DNA of 64,000 nt from Eledone cirrhosa (lineage: Eukaryota): NCBI GenBank assembly GCA_964016885.1, contig OZ024741.1, forward strand, positions 32,302,001 to 32,366,000, written 5' to 3'. The stretch's first letter is position 1. Every line of letters starts with the position of its first letter. Position numbers and translations under genes: made by a program. The notes under the pieces are model-generated. The model searched no databases and was not told the DNA's origin. It worked only from the letters and a program-made list of their open reading frames with translations. Below, one piece after another: positions 20,283 through 34,800 of the stretch.

Positions 20283-20402
20283 GAAGGCGTGTGGCTGAGT
20301 GGTTAGAGAATTGGATTCGCAATCGTAAGGTTGTGAGTTCGATTCCTGGACCAGGTGATGCGTTATGTCCTTGAGCAAGACACTTTATTTCACGTTGCTC
20401 CT
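20283..20402 (+). mobile_element. tRNA-derived SINE (5' part)
   Basis: Pol III A box TGGCTGAGTGG (20292-20302) and B box GAGTTCGATTCC (20335-46), followed by tgtccttgagcaagacacttt, which resembles conserved central SINE domains. No complete acceptor stem. Confidence 0.82.
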
Positions 20403-20498
20403 TCTACCTGGAGTTGCGACCGATAGATAGTATTAGCAATTGGAAAGACCAACGGAAACATTGTTCCCTCGGTCTGATTTGACGAAAGTCGATCGTTC

Positions 20499-20532
<34 letters not shown>

Positions 20533-20891
20533 AGGGGGTGTAACTTGGAGTTACTGTAGGTTCACCGGGGAGAGCACTCGATGTTTAGGTTCACTTCTGT
20601 GATGAGGTGTAGAGCTGTACAGAGTGTAATATATTGAAAGGATAACAAGGACGATTGATTACTCCTTCATTGCATTTATTGATAGGTGACGCGCGTTTTG
20701 CCACTGATCAGCTCAAGGTTCGATCTGTATCGATCCTACCCGACTCAATAATCGGCAGCTCGACGGAGGCTTTTAAAATGCTATAAGAAAATGAAATACA
20801 GGCTATGTGGTAAAGTCAGAATGTCAAGGGTTTGACAAAATGAGTTGTTTTGATTGATGGGAAGGATCAAAGGGATGTACTGGCCTGTAGT

Positions 20892-21876
20892 GTATGTGGC
20901 GGTGGATGTGATGGTGAGATGTTGGTGCCGGTCGCTGGATGTGATGGGTTGTGGTGTGGTGGTGGCGGCTTGGTCTTGACCCGTAGTGTATGTGGGGGTG
21001 GTTGTGATGATAAGATGGTGGTTATGTTCGCTTACTGGGATAGACGGGTTGGCGTGAGTAGAGTGTGGTTGTGGTGTTATTGTATATGGTAGTGGCGTTT
21101 GTAGAGGTGCGGTGGATGTGTTGGTGGTATCGAGTCCTTGGGGAGATACATAGCTAGACGCTCTTCGTCTGACAAATACGTTGTATATATATATATATAT
21201 GGTGGCTGCCAACTCGTTTTCGATACGGCCACTACTTTATATCCATTTTGGAAAACCCCTACCGATGCGCTAAACAAGTGTGACTTTTTAGTCCGGCCAG
21301 TGACTTGAAAACTCTGGTACAAACACTACACCTGTGACAATTATTGACACATAGTGCTGGACCCATGGCACCATGTAACGACAAGTGCAGAGAGATCTCC
21401 AAATATAAATCAATGCCTGTGCTGCAAAGGACCTGCACAAAGCCAGTCCCACTCTCTTAACCAAAATTATATTTACCAAAAAGAAGAACAAGTCAACATC
21501 ATTGGATACCATCAGTGTTGCAGGTGTTATATCAGAGTTTTCCTTCTAGAATTCTGCCTTTGCAAAGGCTAAGGGGTCATCTCTATGTATCTCCCCAAGG
21601 ACTCGATACCACCAACATATCCACCGCACCACCACAAACGCCACCACCATATACAACAACAGCACAACCACACCCCACTCACGCCAACCCGTCTACCGAC
21701 AATCCACTAATCTCACGCCACAGTCCATCCCAGTAAGCGACCATAACCACCATCTTATCATCACATCCACCCCCACATACACTACAGGCCAAGGCCAACC
21801 CGCCACCACCACACCACAGCCCATCACATCCAGCGCCCGTCACCAACATCTTACCATCACATCCACCCCCACATAC
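20892..21876. repeat. Diverged inverted repeat (arms 20892-21153 and 21583-21876, ~430-bp spacer); arms contain a ~100-bp internal subrepeat
   Basis: gttggtggtatcgagtccttggggagatacatag versus ctatgtatctccccaaggactcgataccaccaac. The ORF track gives YVSPQGLDTTN.STAP.QTP.PYT on both strands. Confidence 0.8.
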
Positions 21877-22631
21877 ATATATATAGATATACACATACAC
21901 ACATATATGTATACATGCGCACATATAGTGACATATATACACACGAACACACCCACATACACCCCACCGCCTACATATATCTACTAACACACATACACAC
22001 CCATATGCATATACACACACATGTATGTGCATGCACGCGTGCGGTCACATATAGGGAGAGTGGGGGGGGGGTATATGTGGGGGTGGAGTAGGACAAAGAT
22101 GGAGGGAAGGTGAGAGCCAATGGAGATGATATACACATAGACATACACATACATACACTCATACACACATACGGATATGCGCACATACACGCACACACAC
22201 GTATACATAAACATACACATACACACACACAGACACGTATACACACTCATATACACACACGCGCACACACACACACACACACACATATATGCACATATAC
22301 GCACACATATACACACACACACATATATATACATATACATATATATATATATAAATATATATATATAAATTGAAAAAATGGAACGAAATTTCATTTCCCA
22401 CTCTTAGTACGGCTGTTACTTAAATATAAGTATGTACACGTACATACATATATGTATACAGCCGTACAGTAGTATGTATATATATATACATACATACACG
22501 CATATATATATGTACGTATGGATTCACCGAACATTTATTATAATGCTCGGTGTGTTTGTAAACAAACATCCCGTATTAAGCCGTAGTGTCTAGCACCCAT
22601 CGTTGCTCGTTTGTTCAACACTGACAAAGGA

Positions 22632-22671
22632 ACGCTGTACTAGTTTCAAGCTTATGAGCTATCGTCAGCAA
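22632..22671 (-). ncRNA. Minimal type I hammerhead ribozyme (family D), canonical core, stem I truncated by the inversion junction
   Basis: Reverse complement reads ttg-CTGACGA-t-AGCT-cata-AGCT-t-GAAA-CTAG-TA-cagcgt. Confidence 0.78.
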
Positions 22672-22960
22672 TTATAATAAATGTTCGTTGAATCCATACG
22701 TACATATATATATGCGTGCATGTATGTATATATATATACATACTACTGTACGTCTGTATACATATATGTATGTACGTGTACATACTTATATTTAAGTAAC
22801 AGCCGTACTAAGAGTGGGAAATGAAATTTCGTTTCATTTTTTTCGTTTATCGTTTTCGGTGCACCCGGCCGATTAACCCACTCGATATGCAAATTGGGCT
22901 ACTCAGCCGTTAATATGCATAAGGTAAGTATATATGTTCAACAATCTGGCAGGAAGGTAT

Positions 22961-23003
22961 ACGTTGTTGACGATAGCTAATAAGCTTGAAACTAGTACAG
23001 CGT
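22961..23003 (+). ncRNA. Minimal type I hammerhead ribozyme (family D), C3U core variant
   Basis: ACGTTG-TTGACGA-t-AGCT-aata-AGCT-t-GAAA-CTAG-TA-CAGCGT. Stem I is 6 bp with one G.U, stem III has a palindromic CUAG loop, and the site is GUA. Confidence 0.78.
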
Positions 23004-23202
23004 TCCTTTGCCAGTGTTGAACAAACGAGCAACGATGGTTGCTAGACAATACGGCTTAATACGGGATGTTTGTTTACAAACACACCGAGCATTATAATAA
23101 ATGTTCGGTGAATCCATACGTACATATATATGCGTGCATGTATGTATATATATATACATACTACTGTACGTCTGTATACATATATGTATGTACGTTTACA
23201 TA

Positions 23203-23280
<78 letters not shown>

Positions 23281-24123
23281 TACATATATGCATGCACGCA
23301 CGCATATTTATACGCCCGTATATGTAAAAAATACTTACACTCAGACACACACACTTGCGTTGGTTCGAGAGGGGAGGTATGTGTTGGCGGTGTTGATGAA
23401 GTATGGAGTTGTGTCTTGTGGTGGTGGTGGTGGAGTTGTGAGCGTCAAAAATATACAGGATCGAGTAGTGCGATGGATTACATGTTAAAAGGGGGCACAG
23501 GGAACGCGGGGGAGAAGAGTTTTATGGACGTATGGCGATGTGTGTTGTGGTCATGGTGGTGGTGGTGGTGCTGGGGTGATATGTTCGACAAAATGATTAC
23601 ATGATCAGAAGTTACGGTGGGTTACAGCGTAAGGCAGCCAGTCGATCTGGGAGTGAGGGATGATTTGTATTGATGATGTTAATGATGTTAATGATTGTTG
23701 AAGTATGTGGATGTATCCAGTGGTGGCGATGGTTGTGTCTGCGACAGTACATTTACAGGGTCGAATTTAGCGTCGGGTTGTAGGTTAGGGTAGACAGAGG
23801 GAACATGGGGGGATAGGGTTGCGGGTGTGGATGGTAGACATATGACGATGTGTGGTGGTGGTGGCGATGTTGTGATATGATCGACATTGTATTTACAGGA
23901 TCAGATGTCACTATGGTTTGTAAGGTAAAACCTGTCAGAGAGGACAGATAGAACACAATGTTGCAAGAATGAGGGGTGTATGACGATGTAATTTTGGTGG
24001 GGGTGATGTATGCGGCATGATATATATATATATATATTGTATATATATATACAATCAAGCATACAAACATATCTGCATACTTCCATTCCATTTACACACA
24101 CACATGTATTTATATATATATAC

Positions 24124-24182
<59 letters not shown>

Positions 24183-24243
24183 TGTGTGTGTGTGTGTTCT
24201 TGTGTGTATACGAACATTTGTCGTAAAAGCAACAGCAACAGCA

Positions 24244-24244
<1 letters not shown>

Positions 24245-24330
<86 letters not shown>

Positions 24331-24331
24331 A
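24245..24331. repeat. (AGT)n trinucleotide microsatellite, ~29 units
   Basis: Pure agtagtagt run. Confidence 0.95.
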
Positions 24332-25888
24332 TGACACGCACACTCTTAGTCACAAACACACACACACGGACACGCACAACATCACGAACAAAATACCATT
24401 ACACCACATATACACAGAAATACGAACACACTGACCTGCAAGAACAAATCCTTCATTCAAGTTATTTTAATTCTTTTGAAATCGTGCCGATGGTGGTGAG
24501 TAGGGAAGTGGTCCTAGGGCCAAGGACACGAGAAGTCTCAATTGGCACGGGCTCAGCCTCAGACCTGACATAGAACGACCGATATTTGGAGAGTTTACCC
24601 TCCTCGGCCCGATTGCAGTACATCCTTGATAAGACTCAGGCTGCACCAGGTCTCCGCGCTTGCGGCCAACTTTCCACGTCCTATATTCTTTACGCTTTTG
24701 TCTCGACACAGTCTAGTATTCAACCTTTAATGACAAATAATCCACCCCACCACCCACATGTTCCCTTTATTTCCCACTACTGGTGAGTACAGAGCATTCT
24801 CGATCCAACTGCTAAAGCAGGGCTCTCAAAATGGCCAGTACTTGTTGATATATATAAACGCAGTACCGTTATATTACAACGTGAAATATCAAAGTGTCTG
24901 GTATTGTATTTGACAGTGATCAGTCAAATATATCTCAGTGTAGTAATCACAGGATACAGAACTGTTGGTTATGCCCGCCCTCGCAGTTGCAATATATCAT
25001 ACACAGCAAATTGCCCAAATAATAGTGAATTATTCCACTCTCATTATTTCTCACTTATTTATATTTAGTTTTACTGGAAAACCAATCTTTTACTCAAAAC
25101 TAAGTGACTATATAATTCGTCCAATTTTAAATCTTTATATATCACAAATATCTGTGTTTGTGTGTGTGTCTCTCCCTGGCTCATTGGGCGTAACCACAGT
25201 AAGTAACGTACCCAATGCATAGTAGAGTATATGCAATATTTAATATAGAAATGGTTTCTACAGGACTAGAACTGTTTCATTCCAATGGTATCGTCATGGA
25301 AAGAGCTTTCAGCAGTATATTCATATAAAAAGTCTTTCGAAAGAAGGACAAACTTTTGAGTACCTTGCTTTCCGTTTGATCTTTAAAAGGCAGTGTTTCC
25401 ACATAATGTGCCCTCAAATGACAAGGACACACACAAATATAGCATGTCTAACTACTTACTATAACGTGGGGTGTAGGAACATTGGTGACTGTAGAATTAT
25501 GCCTGATCCGTATATACTAGCCAATCAGTTTAGTACTGGTGTTTCAATGTAGAAGGCACAGTGGATATTCCGATTGCTGTAGCGAATGTCTGTATGCGAG
25601 GCCAAGAAGTCATTTGTCTGATCCATGTCTATTGAAATTGGAATATAGAAAGAAATAATATAGGTGCAAAACGTGCGTAGTCATCATATTCAAAAATTGT
25701 GTGACTGGAGAGTCACTCTTTAGATTGATTAAGACGTTAAGCTAGCAACCATTAAAACCATATTGATTTGTAAAACTGTAGGTAGCAAGTAGAGGTACTT
25801 TTCTCTATTTATGTGATTACACATAAATATGAACAGGCATATATAGAGCTGAGTGGCCTAAGAATTTCTGATCACCTACCTGAAGAAA

Positions 25889-28800
25889 CTCAGATGTTAT
25901 ACAACATGGCTGTATAATATTTGTATTTATTCCAGATGTAATAAGCCTACATATCTCAGATGTTAAACAACATGGCTGTATAATATTTGTATTTATTCCA
26001 GATGTAATAAGCCTACATATCTCAGTTGTTATACAACATGGCTGTATACTATTAGTATTTATTCCAGATATAATAAGCCTACATATCTCAGTTGTTATAC
26101 AACATGGCTGTATAATATTTGTATTTATTCCAGATGTAATAAGCCTACATATCTCAGTTGTTATACAACATGGCTGTATAATATTTGTATTTATTCCAGA
26201 TGTAATAAGCCTACATATCGCAATTATTATACAACATGGCTGTATAATATTTGTATTTATTCCAGATGTAATAAGCCTACATATCTCAGTTGTTATACAA
26301 CATGGCTGTATAATATTTGTATTTATTCCAGATGTAATAAGCCTACATATCTCAGTTGTTATACAACATGGCTGTATAATATTTGTATTTATTCCAGATG
26401 TAATAAGCCTACATATCTCAGTTGTTATACAACATGGCTGTATAATATTTGTATTTATTCCAGATGTAATAAGCCTACATATCGCAATTGTTATACAGCA
26501 TGGCTGTATAATATTTGTATTTATTCCAGATGTAATAAGCCTACATATCTCAGATGTTATACAACATGGCTGTATAATATTTGTATTTATTCCAGATGTA
26601 ATAAGCCTACATATCTCAGTTGTTATACAACATGGCTGTATAATATTTGTATTTATTCCAGATGTAATAAGCCTACATATCTCAGTTGTTATACAACATG
26701 GCTGTATAATATTTGTATTTATTCCAGATGTAATAAGCCTACATATCTCAGTTGTTATACAACATGGCTGTATAATATTTGTATTTATTCCAGATGTAAT
26801 AAGCCTACATATCTCAGTTGTTATACAACATGGCTGTATAATATTTGTATTTATTCCAGATGTAATAAGCCTACATATCTCAGATGTTATACAACATGGC
26901 TGTATACTATTTGTATTTATTCCAGATGTAATAAGCCTACATATTTCAGTTGTTATACAACATGGCTGTATAATATTTGTATTTATTCCAGATCTAATAA
27001 GCCTACATATCTCAGTTGTTATACAACATGGCTGTATACTATGTGTATTTATTCCAGATGTAATAAGCCTACATATTTCAGTTGTTATACAACATGGCTG
27101 TATAATATTTGTATTTATTCCAGATGTAATAAGCCTACATATCTCAGTTGTTATACAACATGGCTGTATAATATTTGTATTTATTCCAGAAGTAATAAGC
27201 CTACATATCTCAGATGTTATATAACATGGCTGTATAATATTTGTATTTATTCCAGATGTAATACGCCTACATATCTCAGTTGTTATACAACATGGCTGTA
27301 TAATATTTGTATTTATTCCAGATGTAATAAGCCTACATATCTCAGTTGTTATACAACATGGCTATATAATATTTGTATTTATTCCAGATGTAATAAGCCT
27401 ACATATCTCAGTTGTTATACAACATGGCTGTATAATATTTGTATTTATTCCAGATGTAATAAGCCTACATATCTCAGTTGTTATACAACATGGCTGTATA
27501 ATATTTGTATTTATTCCAGATGTAATAAGCCTACATATCGCAATTGTTATACAGCATGGCTGTATAATATTTGTATTTATTCCAGATGTAATAAGCCTAC
27601 ATATCTCAGATGTTATACAACATGGCTGTATAATATTTGTATTTATTCCAGATATAATAAGCCTACATATCTCAGTTGTTATACAACATGGCTGTATAAT
27701 ATTTGTATTTATTCCAGATATAATAAGCCTACATATCTCAGATGTTATACAACATGGCTGTATAATATTTGTATTTATTCCAGATGTAATAAGCCTACAT
27801 ATCTCAGTTTTTATACAACATGGCTGTATAATATTTGCATTTATTCCAGATGTAATAAGCCTACATATCTCAGTTGTTATACAACATGGCTGTATAATAT
27901 TTGTATTTATTACAGATATAATAAGCCTACATATCTCAGATGTTATACAACATGGCTGTATAATATTTGTATTTATTCCAGATGTAATAAGCCTACATAC
28001 CTCAGTTGTTATACAACATGGCTGTATAATATTTGTAATTATTCCAGATATAATAAGCCTACATATCTCAGATGTTATACAACATGGCTGTATAATATTT
28101 GTATGTATTCCAGATGTAATAAGCCTACGTATCTCAGTTGTTATACAACATGGCTGTATAATATTTGTATTTATTCCAGATGTAATAAGCCTACATATCT
28201 CAGATGTTATACAACATGGCTGTATAATATTTGTATTTATTCCAGATGTAATAAGCCTACATTTCGCAGTTATTATACAGCATGGCTGTATAATATTTGG
28301 ATTTATTCCAGATGTAATAAGCCTACATATCTCAGATGTTATACAACATGGCTGTATACTATTTGTATTTATTCCAGATGTAATAAGCCTACATATTTCA
28401 GTTGTTATACAACATGGCTGTATAATATTTGTATTTATTCCAGATGTAATAAGCCTACATATCTCAGGTGTTATAGAGCATGGCTGTATACTATTTGTAT
28501 TTATTCCAGATGTAATAAGCCTACATATTTCAGTTGTTATACAACATGGCTGTATAATATTTGTATTTATTCCAGATGTAATAAGCCTACATATCTCAGT
28601 TGTTATACAACATGGCTGTATAATATTTGTATTTATTCCAGAAGTAATAAGCCTACATATCTCAGATGTTATATAACATGGCTGTATAATATTTGTATTT
28701 ATTCCAGATGTAATAAGCCTACACATCTCAGTTGTTATACAACATGGCTGTATAATATTTGTATTTATTCCAGATGTAATAAGCCTACATATCTCAGTTG

Positions 28801-31800
28801 TTATACAACATGGCTGTATAATATTTGTATTTATTCCAGATGTAATAAGCCTACATATCTCAGTTGTTATACAACATGGCTGTATAATATTTGTATTTAT
28901 TCCAGATGTAATAAGCCTACATATCGCAATTGTTATACAACATGGCTGTATAATATTTGTATTTATTCCAGATGTAATAAGCCTACATATCTCAGTTGTT
29001 ATACAACATGGCTGTATACTATTAGTATTTATTCCAGATATAATAAGCCTACATATCTCAGTTGTTATACAACATGGCTGTATAATATTTGTATTTATTC
29101 CAGATGTAATAAGCCTACATATCTCAGTTTTTATACAACATGGCTGTATAATATTTGTATTTATTCCAGATGTAATAAGCCTACATATCGCAATTGTTAT
29201 ACAACATGGCTGTATAATATTTGTATTTATTCCAGATGTAATAAGCCTACATATCTCAGTTGTTATACAACATGGCTGTATAATATTTGTATTTATTCCA
29301 GATGTAATAAGCCTACATATCTCAGTTGTTATACAACATGGCTGTATAATATTTGTATTTATTCCAGATGTAATAAGCCTACATATCTCAGTTGTTATAC
29401 AACATGGCTGTATAATATTTGTATTTATTCCAGATGTAATAAGCCTACATATCGCAATTGTTATACAGCATGGCTGTATAATATTTGTATTTATTCCAGA
29501 TGTAATAAGCCTACATATCTCAGATGTTATACAACATGGCTGTATAATATTTGTATTTATTCCAGATGTAATAAGCCTACATATCTCAGTTGTTATACAA
29601 CATGGCTGTATAATATTTGTATTTATTCCAGATGTAATAAGCCTACATATCTCAGATGTTATACAACATGGCTGTATAATATTTGTATTTATTCCAGATG
29701 TAATAAGCCTAAATATCGCAAATGTTATACAACATGGCTGTATAATATTTGTATTTATTCCAGATGTAATAAGCCTACATATCTCAGTTGTTATACAACA
29801 TGGCTGTATAATATTTGTATTTATTCCAGATATAATAAGCCTACATATCTCAGATGTTATACAACATGGCTGTATAATATTTGTATTTATTCCAGATGTA
29901 ATAAGCCTACATATCTCAGTTTTTATACAACATGGCTGTATAATATTTGCATTTATTCCAGATGTAATAAGCCTACATATCTCAGTTGTTATACAACATG
30001 GCTGTATAATATTTGTATTTATTACAGATATAATAAGCCTACATATCTCAGATGTTATACAACATGGCTGTATAATATTTGTATTTATTCCAGATGTAAT
30101 AAGCCTACATACCTCAGTTGTTATACAACATGGCTGTATAATATTTGTAATTATTCCAGATATAATAAGCCTACATATCTCAGATGTTATACAACATGGC
30201 TGTATAATATTTGTATGTATTCCAGATGTAATAAGCCTACGTATCTCAGTTGTTATACAACATGGCTGTATAATATTTGTATTTATTCCAGATGTAATAA
30301 GCCTACATATCTCAGATGTTATACAACATGGCTGTATAATATTTGTATTTATTCCAGATGTAATAAGCCTACATTTCGCAGTTATTATACAGCATGGCTG
30401 TATAATATTTGGATTTATTCCAGATGTAATAAGCCTACATATCTCAGATGTTATACAACATGGCTGTATACTATTTGTATTTATTCCAGATGTAATAAGC
30501 CTACATATTTCAGTTGTTATACAACATGGCTGTATAATATTTGTATTTATTCCAGATGTAATAAGCCTACATATCTCAGGTGTTATAGAGCATGGCTGTA
30601 TACTATTTGTATTTATTCCAGATGTAATAAGCCTACATATTTCAGTTGTTATACAACATGGCTGTATAATATTTGTATTTATTCCAGATGTAATAAGCCT
30701 ACATATCTCAGTTGTTATACAACATGGCTGTATAATATTTGTATTTATTCCAGAAGTAATAAGCCTACATATCTCAGATGTTATATAACATGGCTGTATA
30801 ATATTTGTATTTATTCCAGATGTAATAAGCCTACACATCTCAGTTGTTATACAACATGGCTGTATAATATTTGTATTTATTCCAGATGTAATAAGCCTAC
30901 ATATCTCAGTTGTTATACAACATGGCTGTATAATATTTGTATTTATTCCAGATGTAATAAGCCTACATATCTCAGTTGTTATACAACATGGCTGTATAAT
31001 ATTTGTATTTATTCCAGATGTAATAAGCCTACATATCGCAATTGTTATACAACATGGCTGTATAATATTTGTATTTATTCCAGATGTAATAAGCCTACAT
31101 ATCTCAGTTGTTATACAACATGGCTGTATACTATTAGTATTTATTCCAGATATAATAAGCCTACATATCTCAGTTGTTATACAACATGGCTGTATAATAT
31201 TTGTATTTATTCCAGATGTAATAAGCCTACATATCTCAGTTTTTATACAACATGGCTGTATAATATTTGTATTTATTCCAGATGTAATAAGCCTACATAT
31301 CGCAATTGTTATACAACATGGCTGTATAATATTTGTATTTATTCCAGATGTAATAAGCCTACATATCTCAGTTGTTATACAACATGGCTGTATAATATTT
31401 GTATTTATTCCAGATGTAATAAGCCTACATATCTCAGTTGTTATACAACATGGCTGTATAATATTTGTATTTATTCCAGATGTAATAAGCCTACATATCT
31501 CAGTTGTTATACAACATGGCTGTATAATATTTGTATTTATTCCAGATGTAATAAGCCTACATATCGCAATTGTTATACAGCATGGCTGTATAATATTTGT
31601 ATTTATTCCAGATGTAATAAGCCTACATATCTCAGATGTTATACAACATGGCTGTATAATATTTGTATTTATTCCAGATGTAATAAGCCTACATATCTCA
31701 GTTGTTATACAACATGGCTGTATAATATTTGTATTTATTCCAGATGTAATAAGCCTACATATCTCAGATGTTATACAACATGGCTGTATAATATTTGTAT

Positions 31801-34800
31801 TTATTCCAGATGTAATAAGCCTAAATATCGCAAATGTTATACAACATGGCTGTATAATATTTGTATTTATTCCAGATGTAATAAGCCTACATATCTCAGT
31901 TGTTATACAACATGGCTGTATAATATTTGTATTTATTCCAGATGTAATAAGCCTACATATCTCAGTTGTTATACCACATGGCTGTATAATATTTGTATTT
32001 ATTCCAGATGTAATAAGCCTACATATCTCAGTTGTTATACAACATGGCTGTATAATATTTGTATTTATTCCAGATGTAATAAGCCTACATATCTCAGATG
32101 TTATACAACATGGCTGTATACTATTTGTATTTATTCCAGATGTAATAAGCCTACATATTTCAGTTGTTATACAACATGGCTGTATAATATTTGTATTTAT
32201 TCCAGATCTAATAAGCCTACATATCTCAGTTGTTATACAACATGGCTGTATACTATGTGTATTTATTCCAGATGTAATAAGCCTTCATATTTCAGTTGTT
32301 ATACAACATGGCTGTATAATATTTGTATTTATTCCAGATGTAATAAGCCTACATATCTCAGTTGTTATACAACATGGCTGTATAATATTTGTATTTATTC
32401 CAGAAGTAATAAGCCTACATATCTCAGATGTTATATAACATGGCTGTATAATATTTGTATTTATTCCAGATGTAATAAGCCTACATATCTCAGTTGTTAT
32501 ACAACATGGCTGTATAATATTTGTATTTATTCCAGATGTAATAAGCCTACATATCTCAGTTGTTATACAACATGGCTGTATAATATTTGTATTTATTCCA
32601 GATGTAATAAGCCTACATATCGCAATTGTTATACAGCATGGCTGTATAATATTTGTATTTATTCCAGATGTAATAAGCCTACATATCTCAGATGTTATAC
32701 AACATGGCTGTATACTATTTGTATTTATTCCAGATGTAATAAGCCTACATATCTCAGTTGTTATACAACATGGCTGTATAATATTTGTATTTATTCCAGA
32801 TATAATAAGCCTACATATCTCAGATGTTATACAACATGGCTGTATAATATTTGTATTTATTCCAGATGTAATAAGCCTACATATCTCAGTTTTTATACAA
32901 CATGGCTGTATAATATTTGCATTTATTCCAGATGTAATAAGCCTACATATCTCAGTTGTTATACAACATGGCTGTATAATATTTGTATTTATTCCAGATA
33001 TAATAAGCCTACATATCTCAGATGTTATACAACATGGCTGTATAATATTTGTATTTATTCCAGATGTAATAAGCCTACATACCTCAGTTGTTATACAACA
33101 TGGCTGTATAATATTTGTAATTATTCCAGATATAATAAGCCTACATATCTCAGATGTTATACAACATGGCTGTATAATATTTGTATGTATTCCAGATGTA
33201 ATAAGCCTACGTATCTCAGTTGTTATACAACATGGCTGTATAATATTTGTATTTATTCCAGATGTAATAAGCCTACATATCTCAGATGTTATACAACATG
33301 GCTGTATAATATTTGTATTTATTCCAGATGTAATAAGCCTACATTTCGCAGTTGTTATACAGCATGGCTGTATAATATTTGGATTTATTCCAGATGTAAT
33401 AAGCCTCCATATCTCAGATGTTATACAACATGGCTGTATACTATTTGTATTTATTCCAGATGTAATAAGCCTACATATTTCAGTTGTTATACAACATGGC
33501 TGTATAATATTTGTATTTATTCCAGATGTAATAAGCCTACATATCTCAGGTGTTATACAGCATGGCTGTATACTATTTGTATTTATTCCAGATGTAATAA
33601 GCCTACATATTTCAGTTGTTATACAACATGGCTGTATAATATTTGTATTTATTCCAGATGTAATAAGCCTACATATCTCAGTTGTTATACAACATGGCTG
33701 TATAATATTTGTATTTATTCCAGAAGTAATAAGCCTACATATCTCAGATGTTATATAACATGGCTGTATAATATTTGTATTTATTCCAGATCTAATATGC
33801 CTACACATCTCAGTTGTTATACAACATGGCTGTATAATATTTGTATTTATTCCAGATGTAATAAGCCTACATATCTCAGTTGTTATACAACATGGCTGTA
33901 TAATATTTGTATTTATTCCAGATGTAATAAGCCTACATATCTCAGTTGTTATACAACATGGCTGTATAATATTTGTATTTATTCCAGATGTAATAAGCCT
34001 ACATATCGCAATTGTTATACAACATGGCTGTATAATATTTGTATTTATTCCAGATGTAATAAGCCTACATATCTCAGTTGTTATACAACATGGCTGTATA
34101 ATATTTGTATTTATTCCAGATGTAATAAGCCTACATATCTCAGTTGTTATACAACATGGCTGTATAATATTTGTATTTATTCCAGATGTAATAAGCCTAC
34201 ATATCTCAGTTGTTTTACAACATGGCTGTATAATATTTGTATTTATTCCAGATGTAATAAGCCTACATATCGCAATTGTTATACAGCATGGCTGTATAAT
34301 ATTTGTATTTATTCCAGATGTAATAAGCCTACATATCTCAGATGTTATACAACATGGCTGTATAATATTTGTATTTATTCCAGATGTAATAAGCCTACAT
34401 ATCTCAGTTGTTATACAACATGGCTGTATAATATTTGTAATTATTCCAGATATAATAAGCCTACATATCTCAGATGTTATACAACATGGCTGTATAATAT
34501 TTGTATTTATTCCAGATGTAATAAGCCTACATATATCAGTTGTTATACAACATGGCTGTATAATATTTGTATTTATTCCAGATGTAATAAGCTTACATAT
34601 CTCAGTTGTTATACAACATGGCTGTATAATATTTGTATTTATTCCAGATGTAATAAGCCTACATATCTCAGATGTTATACAACATGGCTGTATAATATTT
34701 GTATTTATTCCAGATGTAATAAGCCTACATATCTCAGTTGTTATACAACATGGCTGTATAATATTTGTATTTATTCCAGATGTAATAAGCCTACATATCT

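Larger units (their letters stand above)
22373..23208. mobile_element. Non-coding HHR unit with 420-bp period (retrozyme-like): inverted partial copy 22373-22671 plus ~1.3 direct copies 22672-23208, ending in (TA)n
   Basis: attataataaatgttcg.tgaatccatacg at 22671 and 23091 gives a period of 420. Segment 22373-22671 is the reverse complement of the part running from the HHR to the T-rich stretch near 22843. Confidence 0.8.

Noticed and set aside
20283-20356. Functional tRNA gene
   Set aside because: A and B boxes are present, but acceptor and anticodon stems pair poorly and the sequence continues into a SINE-type body.
25258-25316. Hammerhead-like string on the minus strand (ctgctga...ttcca..tggaat-gaaa-cagttctag-tc)
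   Set aside because: The core is mutated (CUGCUGA, or alternatively AUGACGA), stems I and III do not pair convincingly, and there is no supporting repeat structure.
24430-25830. Possible host exons or TE remnant (short ORFs, ggtgagt donor-like site near 24782)
   Set aside because: No recognisable protein motif or consistent exon structure, so it cannot be supported without a homology search.
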